NCBI GenBank assembly: GCA_964459435.1
Contig: CAYWLU010000003.1
Location: 1-46,694, forward strand
Length of the DNA: 46,694 nt
Direction: 5' to 3'
Source: an uncultured Candidatus Peribacteria bacterium
GTDB lineage: Bacteria > Patescibacteriota > Gracilibacteria > UBA4473
Shown: piece after piece, positions 34,686 through 44,242 of the stretch
How positions within the stretch are numbered: the first letter of the stretch is position 1
How the letters are laid out: the number at the start of each line of letters is the position of its first letter
Made by a program: the position numbers and the translations under genes
Notes under the pieces: generated by a model
What the model was told of the DNA's origin: nothing
The model's input: the letters and a program-made list of their open reading frames with translations, nothing else
The model's database searches: none

Positions 34686-36095
34686 TTACTTGACTCCCAG
34701 ATCCTTCCGCAACGCATGGATATGTCTAGCAGTGGCAGAATCTTTTCTTTTTAGTCCGGAGATTTTTCTAATACCATGCATAATAGTGGTGTGATTTTTA
34801 CCACCAAAATCTTTGCCAATGGATTCGTGACTCATGCGGAGGATATCTTTACAGAGAGTCCAAGCAATTTGTCTTGGAAAGACAATCCCTTGTTTGCGAG
34901 AGTGACCAAGAAGTTCGGTGGCTGGCACTTGGAAGTATTCGCTGACTGCTGTGATTATTTCGTCTGAAGATTTGGCATATCCTTTTTGTGCTCCGTCAGA
35001 GGTTTCTAATGATTCTGAGGGATTGAGTTTGCGGAACATTTTTCCAACAGATTGAACGGTGGGGGAGAGTTGGGAAAGTTCTACTTCTGCGGCAATTTGG
35101 TTGAGAATGTTTTCTAGTTCTCTGAGACTTTTCCTTACATTTGCAGCAATAAATTCTTGGACATCTTTCGGAAAAACGAGTTCCAGTTCTTTAGATTTTT
35201 CTTGAACAATAGCGAGTTTTGTTTCGTATCCCGGCATTTGAACATCAACAGATAGTCCCCAGCCCATTCTACTACGGAGTCGATCAGATAGTCCGACCAG
35301 TTCTGACGGAGGACGATCTGCGGAAAAGATAATTTGCTTATTAAATTCAAAGAGGTCGTTAAAGGTATTAAATAACTCTTCTTGGGTTTTTTCTTTACCT
35401 TCAAAAAATTGAATGTCATCCAGAATAAGGGCATCTACTCGGCGGTATTTCTTGCGTAATTCATCACCTTTTCTGTTTCTAATAGCATCTACTATTTCAT
35501 TAATAAATCTTTCTGCGGTGGTATAAACTACAATTGCATTAGAATTGCGTCGCATAATTTCATTAGCGGTTCCCTGCAAAAGATGGGTTTTTCCAAGTCC
35601 TACTCCACCGTAAACAAAGAGGGGATTATATTTTTTCTTTTCTTTAGAACCTGTTTCTGCCACAGCCATACAAGCGGCATGAGCAAGTTTAGTTTCTTCT
35701 CCAACAACAAAGTTCTCTAAAGTGAATTTAGAATGAACAATACGGGAATTTAAATCTTTAGTGAGTTTTACATCTGGCTGATTAGGTAATTTGCGAGGAG
35801 ATTTTATTTTTTCAAAAGCTTGGTGGGTAACAGAAGGCGAGTCGGCAAGAGTAAGGTCTACATTAAAGAAGATTTTATCTATTTCTGGCAAAATTCCTTT
35901 AATATTTTGTAAAATCATGCCGTGATATTTGGTTTCTAGCCAGTTCTTATTCATTTCAGTTGGGCAACTAAGAAGAACTGCTCCGCCAGAGACTTCTGCG
36001 ATTTTGACTTTTTTGAACCAGGTATGAAATTCCATCCGAGATATTTTCTCGGACATTCTAGTTAGAACGGCATCCCAGACTTGATTTTTGTCCAT
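34686..36095 (-). CDS. dnaA: chromosomal replication initiator protein DnaA
   Basis: GGVGLGKTHLL, LILDDIQFF, C-terminal DNA-binding block GGKNHTTIMHGIRKI. Confidence 0.93.
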   Translation of the reverse strand: MDKNQVWDAVLTRMSEKISRMEFHTWFKKVKIAEVSGGAVLLSCPTEMNKNWLETKYHGMILQNIKGILPEIDKIFFNVDLTLADSPSVTHQAFEKIKSPRKLPNQPDVKLTKDLNSRIVHSKFTLENFVVGEETKLAHAACMAVAETGSKEKKKYNPLFVYGGVGLGKTHLLQGTANEIMRRNSNAIVVYTTAERFINEIVDAIRNRKGDELRKKYRRVDALILDDIQFFEGKEKTQEELFNTFNDLFEFNKQIIFSADRPPSELVGLSDRLRSRMGWGLSVDVQMPGYETKLAIVQEKSKELELVFPKDVQEFIAANVRKSLRELENILNQIAAEVELSQLSPTVQSVGKMFRKLNPSESLETSDGAQKGYAKSSDEIITAVSEYFQVPATELLGHSRKQGIVFPRQIAWTLCKDILRMSHESIGKDFGGKNHTTIMHGIRKISGLKRKDSATARHIHALRKDLGVK

Positions 36096-36102
36096 GAAAA
36101 AA

Positions 36103-37389
36103 TTAGTTTTTAAAAATTAAGTCTCCTCGATCTGGTCCAACTCCTATGGCTTTAATTTTGGCTCCAATAGATTTCTCTATAGCGAATATATAGTTTTGGG
36201 CGTTTTTAGGAAGCTGAGAGAATTCAGATATTTCACTAAGATCTTCTTCCCATCCAGGAAATGTTTCGTATTCCAAGCGAAGTTTATCATTCGCTTTTCT
36301 AGTGGTAGGAACAGAAAAAAGTTCCGTGTCATCTAAAAAGTATCTTTGAGCAATTTTGAGTTCTTTTAGTCCAGAAAGGACATCTAATTTAGTAAGATTA
36401 ATTGTAGTTATGCCGTTAGTTTCTACGGCATTACGAACAATTACGGCATCAAACCAACCGCATCTTCGTGGTCGTCCAGTAGTAGCTCCAAACTCGGCTC
36501 CTTTCTTTTGCATGTGTTGTCCAGCTTCGTCTAATATCTCTGAAGGGAATGGGCCAGAACCAACTCGGGTGGTATAGGCTTTAGTGATTCCAATAACATC
36601 AGAAATTGTTTTTGGAGAAACTCCTAGACCAGTACAAACCCCTCCCAAACAAATAGAACTAGAGGTTACAAAAGGATAAGTTCCGTGATCGATATCTAGT
36701 TGTTGACCTTGGGCACCTTCAAAAAGAATTTTTTTGCCATCTAAGATAGAGTTATGAAGGAATTTTCTAGTATCAGTAAGTAAGGGTTTAATTTTTTCTC
36801 TATACGCCATGATTTTTTCCAGTTCTTTATTTGGGTCTAAATCTAAACCAAAATTTTTGCCATGAAAGGTACAGTTGAATTCTAGTTTTTCCTTTAGGAG
36901 TTCCATATCTAGAAGGTCTTCACATCTTATGCCAATACGAGCGAATTTATCAGTATAAGCTGGACCAATTCCGCGTTGAGTTGTTCCTACTTTTTTACTA
37001 CCTTTCCGTTCTTCTAAGGCGGCATCTATTTCTTTATGGTAGTCAAAAATCATATGAGCTCGGAGAGATAGTTTTACCCGAGAAGAAACATTTAGTCCCA
37101 TATCTTCTAATAGTTTTATTTCTTTAGCTAGTTCATCAATTTCTACCACAGTTCCATTGCCAATGACTCCAATGGTATTTGGATGAAGCATGGCAGATGG
37201 CAGTAAATGGAAAATAAAAGTTTCTCCATCTACAACAATAGTGTGTCCAGCATTTGCTCCTCCGGCACTTCGGCAGACGATATCGAAATGAACACTCAAG
37301 GCATCGACTAATTTTCCTTTTCCTTCATCTCCCCATTGGGTACCTAAAATTGCGACATTACGACCAAGAGAAGCGAGAAAATCGTTCAT
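36103..37389 (-). CDS. purA: adenylosuccinate synthetase
   Basis: GTQWGDEGKGK P-loop; 428 aa. Confidence 0.92.
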   Translation of the reverse strand: MNDFLASLGRNVAILGTQWGDEGKGKLVDALSVHFDIVCRSAGGANAGHTIVVDGETFIFHLLPSAMLHPNTIGVIGNGTVVEIDELAKEIKLLEDMGLNVSSRVKLSLRAHMIFDYHKEIDAALEERKGSKKVGTTQRGIGPAYTDKFARIGIRCEDLLDMELLKEKLEFNCTFHGKNFGLDLDPNKELEKIMAYREKIKPLLTDTRKFLHNSILDGKKILFEGAQGQQLDIDHGTYPFVTSSSICLGGVCTGLGVSPKTISDVIGITKAYTTRVGSGPFPSEILDEAGQHMQKKGAEFGATTGRPRRCGWFDAVIVRNAVETNGITTINLTKLDVLSGLKELKIAQRYFLDDTELFSVPTTRKANDKLRLEYETFPGWEEDLSEISEFSQLPKNAQNYIFAIEKSIGAKIKAIGVGPDRGDLIFKN

Positions 37390-37436
37390 TGTTGAAAGAG
37401 AAAAAAGGGAAAAACTGTGAGGGGTCAGCGAGAAAA

Positions 37437-37465
37437 AATTTAGAGGTTTTGCACCGAGGTGTCAA
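37437..37465 (-). promoter_or_regulatory. promoter of purA (TTGACA-N17-TAAATT on the minus strand)
   Basis: Reverse complement of 37460-37465 is TTGACA; reverse complement of 37437-37442 is TAAATT. Confidence 0.5.
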
Positions 37466-37532
37466 TGGAAAAATGTGTAAAAAATAATTTAGATTACGAG
37501 TATTTCTAACCTATATTAAATAAAATAATAAG

Positions 37533-37716
37533 CTTTAGGCTCTAAACCCTATATAAACAATTTTAAATTTTTAATTTTTAATTTTTAAATAATTTCTAAT
37601 ATCCTAATTTTTAAAAATTAGAATCTATTACAACTTTTAAGTTATTTATAGCATATTATAATATAATACCAGTCCTTAATTGAAGATTGATAATTGCAGA
37701 TTGAAGATTGATAACT
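37533..37716. repeat. mosaic intergenic element, inverted homologue of 44283-44436
   Basis: Shares the modules CTAAACCCT, (AATTTTT)n, the AT palindrome (37653-37666) and (ATTGAAG/ATTGATA)n with the lspA-upstream spacer, in opposite orientation. Confidence 0.55.
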
Positions 37717-37728
37717 TGTTATCTATTT

Positions 37729-38319
37729 CTAGTTTGGACTTCTGATAAAATTATAAACTTTAGCACTAAAATTACGGAATTCGTTTACAGTTTCGCTTAG
37801 CCAATGATGAAAATAAAACCTATTGCGGGTGGCAATAGCACCAAATTTTTGTTTTAAAAGTGATCGTTCTTTTCTAGCCTGATTTTCATCAATGGTATTG
37901 ATTAGTTTTGTTTTACTGACTCGACTGACTTGATTGGCTTTGGCACGGCACCATTTGTCTTGGCTATAGTTTTTGGATTTGTCTAAGCTTTTTCCACATT
38001 GTTTAAAAATATTCAGACAAATATCCATTAAACATTTTTCGTGTTGGCGAAAATCATAAATTCCTTTTTCGGCAATAAAATTTGGATTAGATCCATTGTC
38101 TTGGTAGATAATATCTAAGACTTCAAATTGAAAGTTGTTAAATTCATCTTTTAAAGCCTGATTACCTAGTAATTCATAATTTCTAGAATTTCCGTTACAT
38201 TGATCACTTTCTCGAAAATTGGGAATAGAGCGTGGACAAGATAAAGTTGAAGATTGGGTAAAAGCAGAAGCTTGTCCAGAAAGAACGATTATGACTATCA
38301 ATGTCCAAAGAAACCTCAT
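37729..38319 (-). CDS. secreted Cys-containing hypothetical protein
   Basis: Signal peptide MRFLWTLIVIIVLSGQASA; 8 Cys; no motif recognised. Confidence 0.5.
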   Translation of the reverse strand: MRFLWTLIVIIVLSGQASAFTQSSTLSCPRSIPNFRESDQCNGNSRNYELLGNQALKDEFNNFQFEVLDIIYQDNGSNPNFIAEKGIYDFRQHEKCLMDICLNIFKQCGKSLDKSKNYSQDKWCRAKANQVSRVSKTKLINTIDENQARKERSLLKQKFGAIATRNRFYFHHWLSETVNEFRNFSAKVYNFIRSPN

Positions 38320-38446
38320 GATTAAATTTTAAAGCATGTTTTTAGATATGTATAATGTATCATGTATTAAGTATTATATATTGAGAATTTAAGGAAAGTC
38401 TGATAAATACTTCACCATAGAAAAATTCTCAGATTTTTTATACTCA

Positions 38447-38552
38447 TTTGCTTTGAAATCTTCGATTTCGCAAATTTCGTATGACGTCTAGTACACTCCT
38501 TCGGAGTTGGGAAAACAAAGTTTTCCCTTAATAATTTCTTCGAAATTATTAA
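38447..38552 (+). ncRNA. candidate structured small RNA: four contiguous hairpins, TTCG/TTC loops
   Basis: TTTGC..GAAATC-TTC-GATTTC-GCAAA (38447-38474), ACTCC-TTCG-GGAGT read as ACTCCTTCGGAGT (38495-38507), GGGAAAAC-AAA-GTTTTCCC (38509-38527), TTAATAATTTC-TTC-GAAATTATTAA (38528-38552). Confidence 0.35.
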
Positions 38553-38865
38553 AGTATTCTGGTATAGGAAATTTGTTTCAAAAATAATTTTGTTTAATTG
38601 TTTAAGCAAAAGGATTTTGGGGATAAATTTACAAAAAAGATGAATTTTTGGTGAAGCCATTTTTTAGGTTTTTTTATTATTATTTTAAATTTACCAGGGT
38701 TTACTTATGATCAAAGCTAATAGCTAAAAGCTAACGAACTATCTTTTAATACTTAACAACAAAAACACGAACATTACTACGGAAAATTGGATAAAAAATT
38801 TGCTCATGTGCAATAAATTTGTTTCAATTAGAGGTGAATAAATTTTGTATTCTATACTCACAAAT

Positions 38866-40152
38866 ATGAAACATTTTGGTTGGTCCGCTTTCGTTATAGG
38901 TTTGATGTTTTTTTCTGCCATTGCTTTTGCAGTAGAATGGGATGGAGACACTGGAACAGAAAATAATTATTTTAACGGAAGTGTTTTAATTGATGATGTG
39001 GAATTACCTAGTGTCTTGGATGGTAGTACGGGAAGTAGTGAGGTAACTGTTGAAGGGACTGGCTCGGTAACGATTTATAATAATACTGAACCAAGTATGT
39101 ATTTAAGTTTTCCAGGGGGAACAACTATTACGGTGAAGCGTGAATATGATGAAAGTGGGAATAATTCCTGGTGGGAAGGTATTTTAGAATCACCTCAAAT
39201 AGGAGGAAATCCTCATTATGATGGAGAAAACATTTATTGGAAGACCGATGGACTTCATCCTAGTAGTGAGCCTAGTGTTGTTTATACTATTACACAGGGA
39301 TTACCTAATGCAGAATATTCTTTTTCTAATACCGCTACCTATAATATTACTAAAACCCCAGAAGCTGATGGAGTAAAACTTTGGATTGCTTACAAGAATA
39401 CAGTCTCACCAGATGAAGAAGATGATGTTGACTGGATAATTACAGAAGGAGACTATTGTATTGTTGAGAATGGAACTTGTTCTATTCAGGTAGATAAAAT
39501 AAATGCTTTTACTTTAGTGCGAGAAATTTTTGGAGTATGTCCAAGGTCTTCTGGATCAAATACGACAATTAGAAATGGAACGATGAGTGCCGAACCGTGG
39601 TGTAAGGTTTCTTGTGATAGGGGATATGAAGTAAATTATGACGAAAACAACTGCGATCCTATTGTTGGATCTGTTCCGGTGGAATCACCTGCAGTATCAG
39701 AAATAGTTACGGAGCAAATTCCAGAAGAGGAAGGGGCTTTTTACGATGTTCGACCTGGATATTTTCGTTATACAGGTAGTAGCGAGCAATTCCGAGAATT
39801 AGATCCAACAGGAACGGTTGGAGCTGAGCGAATACAGATTCAAAGATCTAATGCAGCAATAAGGAAAACTGTAGGAGATGATAAACCAGAAGAAGTTGTA
39901 GAAGTCGAAAATCCAAATAAAGATAGTTTTATGAATTACATGTGGAGAATCCGTGAATTTTTCGGAGAGAGTTCAAATATGGTAGTAGTCTCAGAAGAAG
40001 TAGAAACTGGAGAAATGATAGATGGAGAAATAGAAGAGTCAGAAGTTCATTCTTCTGCCCCTTTACTACCAAGTACTGGACCTGGTATTTTTGTTGGTCT
40101 GGCTGCAGTAGGCCTCGGTCTCATGGTTATGGGAGGTCGGAGGAGACATTAA
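38866..40152 (+). CDS. LPXTG-anchored cell-surface protein
   Basis: Signal peptide MKHFGWSAFVIGLMFFSAIAFA. The C-terminus LLPSTG, hydrophobic helix and RRRH form a sortase sorting signal. The ATG at 38866 is preferred over the TTG at 38845. Confidence 0.75.
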   Translation: MKHFGWSAFVIGLMFFSAIAFAVEWDGDTGTENNYFNGSVLIDDVELPSVLDGSTGSSEVTVEGTGSVTIYNNTEPSMYLSFPGGTTITVKREYDESGNNSWWEGILESPQIGGNPHYDGENIYWKTDGLHPSSEPSVVYTITQGLPNAEYSFSNTATYNITKTPEADGVKLWIAYKNTVSPDEEDDVDWIITEGDYCIVENGTCSIQVDKINAFTLVREIFGVCPRSSGSNTTIRNGTMSAEPWCKVSCDRGYEVNYDENNCDPIVGSVPVESPAVSEIVTEQIPEEEGAFYDVRPGYFRYTGSSEQFRELDPTGTVGAERIQIQRSNAAIRKTVGDDKPEEVVEVENPNKDSFMNYMWRIREFFGESSNMVVVSEEVETGEMIDGEIEESEVHSSAPLLPSTGPGIFVGLAAVGLGLMVMGGRRRH

Positions 40153-40187
40153 AATCAACTTATAGTGGGAAATTTGTGGGTTAAGAT

Positions 40188-40220
40188 GGGAAAACCGTGA
40201 GGGGTCGCGGTTTTTCCTTA
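40188..40220 (+). terminator. intrinsic terminator
   Basis: GGGAAAACCG..CGGTTTTTCC stem running into a T-rich tail. Confidence 0.65.
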
Positions 40221-40404
40221 TGGAGGATTAATTTTCAATAAAAAATTGAGTCGCCAGTCGCTAGTCATTAGTCGTTAGTTTTTGATGGTTATTTTTTATT
40301 AGATTTTTAAAGACTAAAGACTAATGACTTATGACTAAAGGCTAAATTAATTTGACTTTTGTCTTTCGCACCATACAATTCACGAGAATTTTTAGAGCTT
40401 ATTA

Positions 40405-40665
40405 ATGAAAAAAGATATTCATCCCGAATCCCATCCAGTTATTTTCCGTGATGCAAGTGCTGGACAGGACTTCGTCATGTGGTCAACCATGACTTCTAAG
40501 GAAGTAGAAAAAGTTAAAGGAGTGGATCATTTCGTGATTCATCTAGATATTTCTTCGGCTTCTCATCCATTTTTTACTGGAAAACAGAACCTAGTAGATA
40601 CTTCTGGGCGAGTAGAGAAGTTTAAGGCTCAAATGGAACGAGCTAAAAAAAAGACTGAAAAATAA
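40405..40665 (+). CDS. rpmE: 50S ribosomal protein L31 (type B, no CxxC)
   Basis: MKKDIHPESHPVIF..HPFFTGKQ; TTGACT-N16-TACAAT promoter at 40352-40379. Confidence 0.88.
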   Translation: MKKDIHPESHPVIFRDASAGQDFVMWSTMTSKEVEKVKGVDHFVIHLDISSASHPFFTGKQNLVDTSGRVEKFKAQMERAKKKTEK

Positions 40666-40667
40666 AC

Positions 40668-41525
40668 ATGAAAAAAGATTCTTCACTTTCATATGGTAAT
40701 TGGAAAAAGCTGCTTTTAGATACGGTGAGAGCTTTTCCTTCTCTTTGGTGGAGGATTTCTATGATAAGTGTTCTGACAGTTATTATGATTTTTGGTGGCA
40801 CAGCTTTGTTTATGCAAATAGGGGTTCTTTTCTTTAAAGAGAGCTTTGAAAACTTTATGCTTAACATCCAAAACGGAGGTTCAATTATTAGTTTTACTGC
40901 AGTTTTGTTTTTATTTGTGCTATGGGCACTTTTTGTAGTTACTTTTTCTATTAACGGTAAAATTGGTAATTTACTTATCTTGAAGAATTATGTACACGGG
41001 AAGGTGCAGAATCCTTTTAAAATTTATTTTAAGGAGGCTTGGACTTATTTTTGGAGATATGTGATGACTGGATTGTACATGCTTCATTATGTTCTTTGGC
41101 CAGTGGCTATTGTGATGATAGTGGTGTTTGCTATTACTTTCTTCCTACCTTTAGAATTAATTTCTATGATTGGATTTGTTCTTAGTGCGTTGTTATTTAT
41201 CTGGCGGGGACTAGAAGTATTTATGTCTCAGCAATTTCTAATAGAATTTAAGAAAAATCCCAAGAAAAGTATTGAAACAAGTATTAAGGTGGTAAAGGGT
41301 AATTGGTGGCAAGTATTAGTATTCTTCCTAGGAACTTTCGTTCTAATTAGTTTAGGACGAGTTTTATTTATTAGTCCAATGTATATTTGGGATGAAGTAA
41401 GTATATTAATTAATGTTTTAAGTAGCTTAGATTTCATCTTTTCGTTTTTTGTTTTAGCACCATTGCTTATTAGTTTTATGTATCTCTTCATGCTTCATTT
41501 AGTTAAATTAAAAAATATTAAATAA
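40668..41525 (+). CDS. polytopic membrane protein, function unknown
   Basis: 285 aa with about 6 hydrophobic helices; starts 3 nt after the rpmE stop. Confidence 0.55.
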   Translation: MKKDSSLSYGNWKKLLLDTVRAFPSLWWRISMISVLTVIMIFGGTALFMQIGVLFFKESFENFMLNIQNGGSIISFTAVLFLFVLWALFVVTFSINGKIGNLLILKNYVHGKVQNPFKIYFKEAWTYFWRYVMTGLYMLHYVLWPVAIVMIVVFAITFFLPLELISMIGFVLSALLFIWRGLEVFMSQQFLIEFKKNPKKSIETSIKVVKGNWWQVLVFFLGTFVLISLGRVLFISPMYIWDEVSILINVLSSLDFIFSFFVLAPLLISFMYLFMLHLVKLKNIK

Positions 41526-41532
41526 TTAAACC

Positions 41533-41778
41533 ATGTCTAAAAAACCTGTCCCGTCCAAAAAACAAGCTGTAAGTTCTACTAGATCTCGACACGGAGCTTA
41601 TGTGCGAAAAGTAAGAATTAAATTAGATAACGCAAATGCTTTAGATACTTGTCCTAAATGTAAAGCTACTAAGAGGCGTCATTTTGTTTGTAAGGAATGT
41701 GGTACTTATAAAGACCAACAAGTTTTTGAACCTAAAAGCAAAAAGACTCCTACTCCTATTCAGGAGATAGAAGCTTAA
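41533..41778 (+). CDS. rpmF: 50S ribosomal protein L32 (zinc-ribbon form, extended C-terminus)
   Basis: Basic N-terminus and CPKCKATKRRHFVCKECGTY. Confidence 0.75.
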   Translation: MSKKPVPSKKQAVSSTRSRHGAYVRKVRIKLDNANALDTCPKCKATKRRHFVCKECGTYKDQQVFEPKSKKTPTPIQEIEA

Positions 41779-41836
41779 AAGAAAATTACAATCTTCAATA
41801 TCTAAGTTCTAAATTCTAAGCTCTAAGTTCTAAACT

Positions 41837-42274
41837 ATGGCTACAGACAAAAAAGCTCGTCACGAAAGTCGCGTAACAGCTGTAAAGGTGCTATTTACTT
41901 TTTTGGCACGGGAAGAGAAGATTGAACTTAAGGAAGTATTAGAACATGTAGTATCTTTAGAAGATAAGAAAGATGATGATTTTGCGGAATCTTTACTACA
42001 GAATGCCATAGAGAATTTAGGAAAAATTAGATTGGTTATTAAGGCACTTGCCGTGGAGTTTGCTTTTGAAAAAATTGCCCCAATTAATAGGGCAGTATTG
42101 ATCTTGGGGATCACAGAACTCAAGTTCTTTGATACTCCTCCTATTGTAGTTATCAATGAATATATTGAGATTGCTAAAGCTTTTGGAGAAGAAAAATCTG
42201 CTTCCTTTGTGAATGGAGTGTTAGATAGTTTTAGGATAAATATTGGTAAACAGCGAGAAGAAGAAAAGGAATGA
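41837..42274 (+). CDS. nusB: transcription antitermination factor NusB
   Basis: ARHESRVTAVKVLF.. and VVINEYIEIAKAFGEEKSASFVNGVLD. Confidence 0.85.
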   Translation: MATDKKARHESRVTAVKVLFTFLAREEKIELKEVLEHVVSLEDKKDDDFAESLLQNAIENLGKIRLVIKALAVEFAFEKIAPINRAVLILGITELKFFDTPPIVVINEYIEIAKAFGEEKSASFVNGVLDSFRINIGKQREEEKE

Positions 42275-42313
42275 TTTTTGATTTTTCTCCTAAAAAACGT
42301 TAAAAATAGAGCA

Positions 42314-43012
42314 ATGAAAAATTTTGAAGACTTATTTGGGAAGATTGGTTTTGGGATCAAGAACCAACAGCTTCTTATAGAAGCTTTTACGCATCGTTCT
42401 GCTGTTAATGAATATTCAGATATTGCAGTGCATAACGAAAGATTAGAGTTTCTAGGAGATGCCGTATTAGAACTTATTGCGACAGAATTTTTGTACGAGA
42501 AGTTTCCAGAGAAACCAGAAGGGGAATTAACGAATCTTCGTTCTGCTTTAGTTAAGGGAGAGAATCTATCAGAAGTAGCCAGGAAACTTAATTTAGGAGA
42601 ACTTCTTTTCTTGTCTCACGGAGAAGCAAAATCTGGAGGAGCAGAGAAGGACTATATTCTAGCTAATACAGTAGAAGCTCTCATTGGAGCTATCTATTTG
42701 GATTTAGGAACAGAAAGGGCTAAAGAATTTATTAGTAAGTGGATTTTAGTTGATCTAGAAGATATTATTAAGTACGGAAAGCACATAGATGCTAAATCTG
42801 AATTTCAGGAGTTGTCACAAGAGAGGGTAGGAATTACGCCTCACTATGAAGTTGTGTCAGAAAGTGGACTAGATCATGAAAAAACATTTGTTCTAGCGGC
42901 TTTTTTAGAAGACAAAAAGGTAGGAGAGGGGACAGGAGGATCTAAAAAAGAAGCTCAGGTTGCGGCTGCGGCAGATGCTTTAGTCCACAAGGAACATTGG
43001 CTGGAGCAATGA
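42314..43012 (+). CDS. rnc: ribonuclease III
   Basis: NERLEFLGDAVLEL catalytic signature and a C-terminal dsRBD. The ATG at 42314 is preferred over 42278. Confidence 0.9.
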   Translation: MKNFEDLFGKIGFGIKNQQLLIEAFTHRSAVNEYSDIAVHNERLEFLGDAVLELIATEFLYEKFPEKPEGELTNLRSALVKGENLSEVARKLNLGELLFLSHGEAKSGGAEKDYILANTVEALIGAIYLDLGTERAKEFISKWILVDLEDIIKYGKHIDAKSEFQELSQERVGITPHYEVVSESGLDHEKTFVLAAFLEDKKVGEGTGGSKKEAQVAAAADALVHKEHWLEQ

Positions 43013-43156
43013 AGAATGAAGAATGAAGAAATTCCCTTGTTGCTGTCATTCAGAATTTATTGCGGGATTTAGTCGTAAATTAATTGTTTGATTTTATTTC
43101 GACTTCTGAATAAATTCAGCATGACAAACGTTTGTTTTTTCATATGCTAAAAATAC

Positions 43157-44242
43157 ATGAATATAGTTAGTGCATTTTGTTTTTTTGTAGAAAATATTTT
43201 AAAGGGCGAGGAGGGGATTTTTTGGTCAGAAGATAGTGGTGATGGGGAAATTAGATGGATTTTTGGTTGGGGAAAGAAAATCAAGGCAGATTTTACTAAA
43301 GGACCATTCCCTTTTTTCTCTATAACTTCTTTTTTGGGAGAGGAGAGCTCGTTCTGGCATTTTGAGAACTGGGTTACGAACGAAGACGGTGTAAAGAATG
43401 GGGAAAAAAGTTTTCCGCAAAGTTTGCAGGATTTGCGAATGTTTTCCACAGAAAAGAGCCTAGAATTTTTTGCTAGTGAGACTAAGGACAGTTTCTGTCA
43501 GAAAGTAGAGAAAATAAAAAGGCTTGCAGAAGAAGGAGATGTCTGGGTTCTTAACTTAGCTCAAGAATTTGCAGGTGAAGCAAAAGATGAGAAAATATTA
43601 TTAACTGCTTTTTGGCGATTTTTGCAGTTACAGAAAAGACATGCTGGGGGTGTAGTATGGACTAATGAACAAAAATTTTGTTCATTCTCTCCGGAGATTT
43701 TTCTTATTCAAGATGGCAAAACACTGGCTACTTTTCCAATCAAAGGAACAGGAACCAAGGAATATTTAGAGGATAGTCAGAAAGAAATTGCAGAATTGTC
43801 TATGGTTACTGATTTGCTTCGTAATGATTTAGGACAAATAGCTAAGCGTGTTTGGATGGAAAAAGAAAGAGTATTAGTAAATAGAGGTACTCATCATGAT
43901 GCTCAAGCGCAAATATTTGCGGAACTATCAAGTTCTATTCTTACTTGGGAAGATTATCAGAAATTATTACCAGCGGGTTCTATTTCTGGAGCACCCAAGA
44001 AAAGGGTAGTGGAAAATATCCTTTCTTTGGAGGGTTTTGAGAGAAAATGGTATACAGGCACCTTTGGGGTGAAATTTTTGCCTGAGAGTGCAATTTTTAA
44101 CATTTTGATTAGAACTTTGTTCTTAGAAGATAAGAAATGGAGATTTCCTGTGGGAGCCGGAATTACTTTCGAATCGGATTCAGAATTAGAATGGCAGGAG
44201 ATCTTGCAAAAAGCAGAAATCTTGAGAGAATGCCTCTTGTAA
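43157..44242 (+). CDS. chorismate-binding enzyme (aminodeoxychorismate/anthranilate synthase component I-like), short form
   Basis: FPIKGTGT and GSISGAPKKR blocks. The N-terminal ~100 aa are not recognisable, so the start is uncertain. Confidence 0.65.
   Translation: MNIVSAFCFFVENILKGEEGIFWSEDSGDGEIRWIFGWGKKIKADFTKGPFPFFSITSFLGEESSFWHFENWVTNEDGVKNGEKSFPQSLQDLRMFSTEKSLEFFASETKDSFCQKVEKIKRLAEEGDVWVLNLAQEFAGEAKDEKILLTAFWRFLQLQKRHAGGVVWTNEQKFCSFSPEIFLIQDGKTLATFPIKGTGTKEYLEDSQKEIAELSMVTDLLRNDLGQIAKRVWMEKERVLVNRGTHHDAQAQIFAELSSSILTWEDYQKLLPAGSISGAPKKRVVENILSLEGFERKWYTGTFGVKFLPESAIFNILIRTLFLEDKKWRFPVGAGITFESDSELEWQEILQKAEILRECLL

Noticed and set aside
38412-38951. ORFs 38412-38660 (minus) and 38739-38951 (minus) in the long spacer before the LPXTG gene
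   Set aside because: They have no ribosome-binding context and low-complexity Lys/Phe/Ile-rich products. One overlaps the hairpin cluster and the other overlaps the real start of the LPXTG gene.
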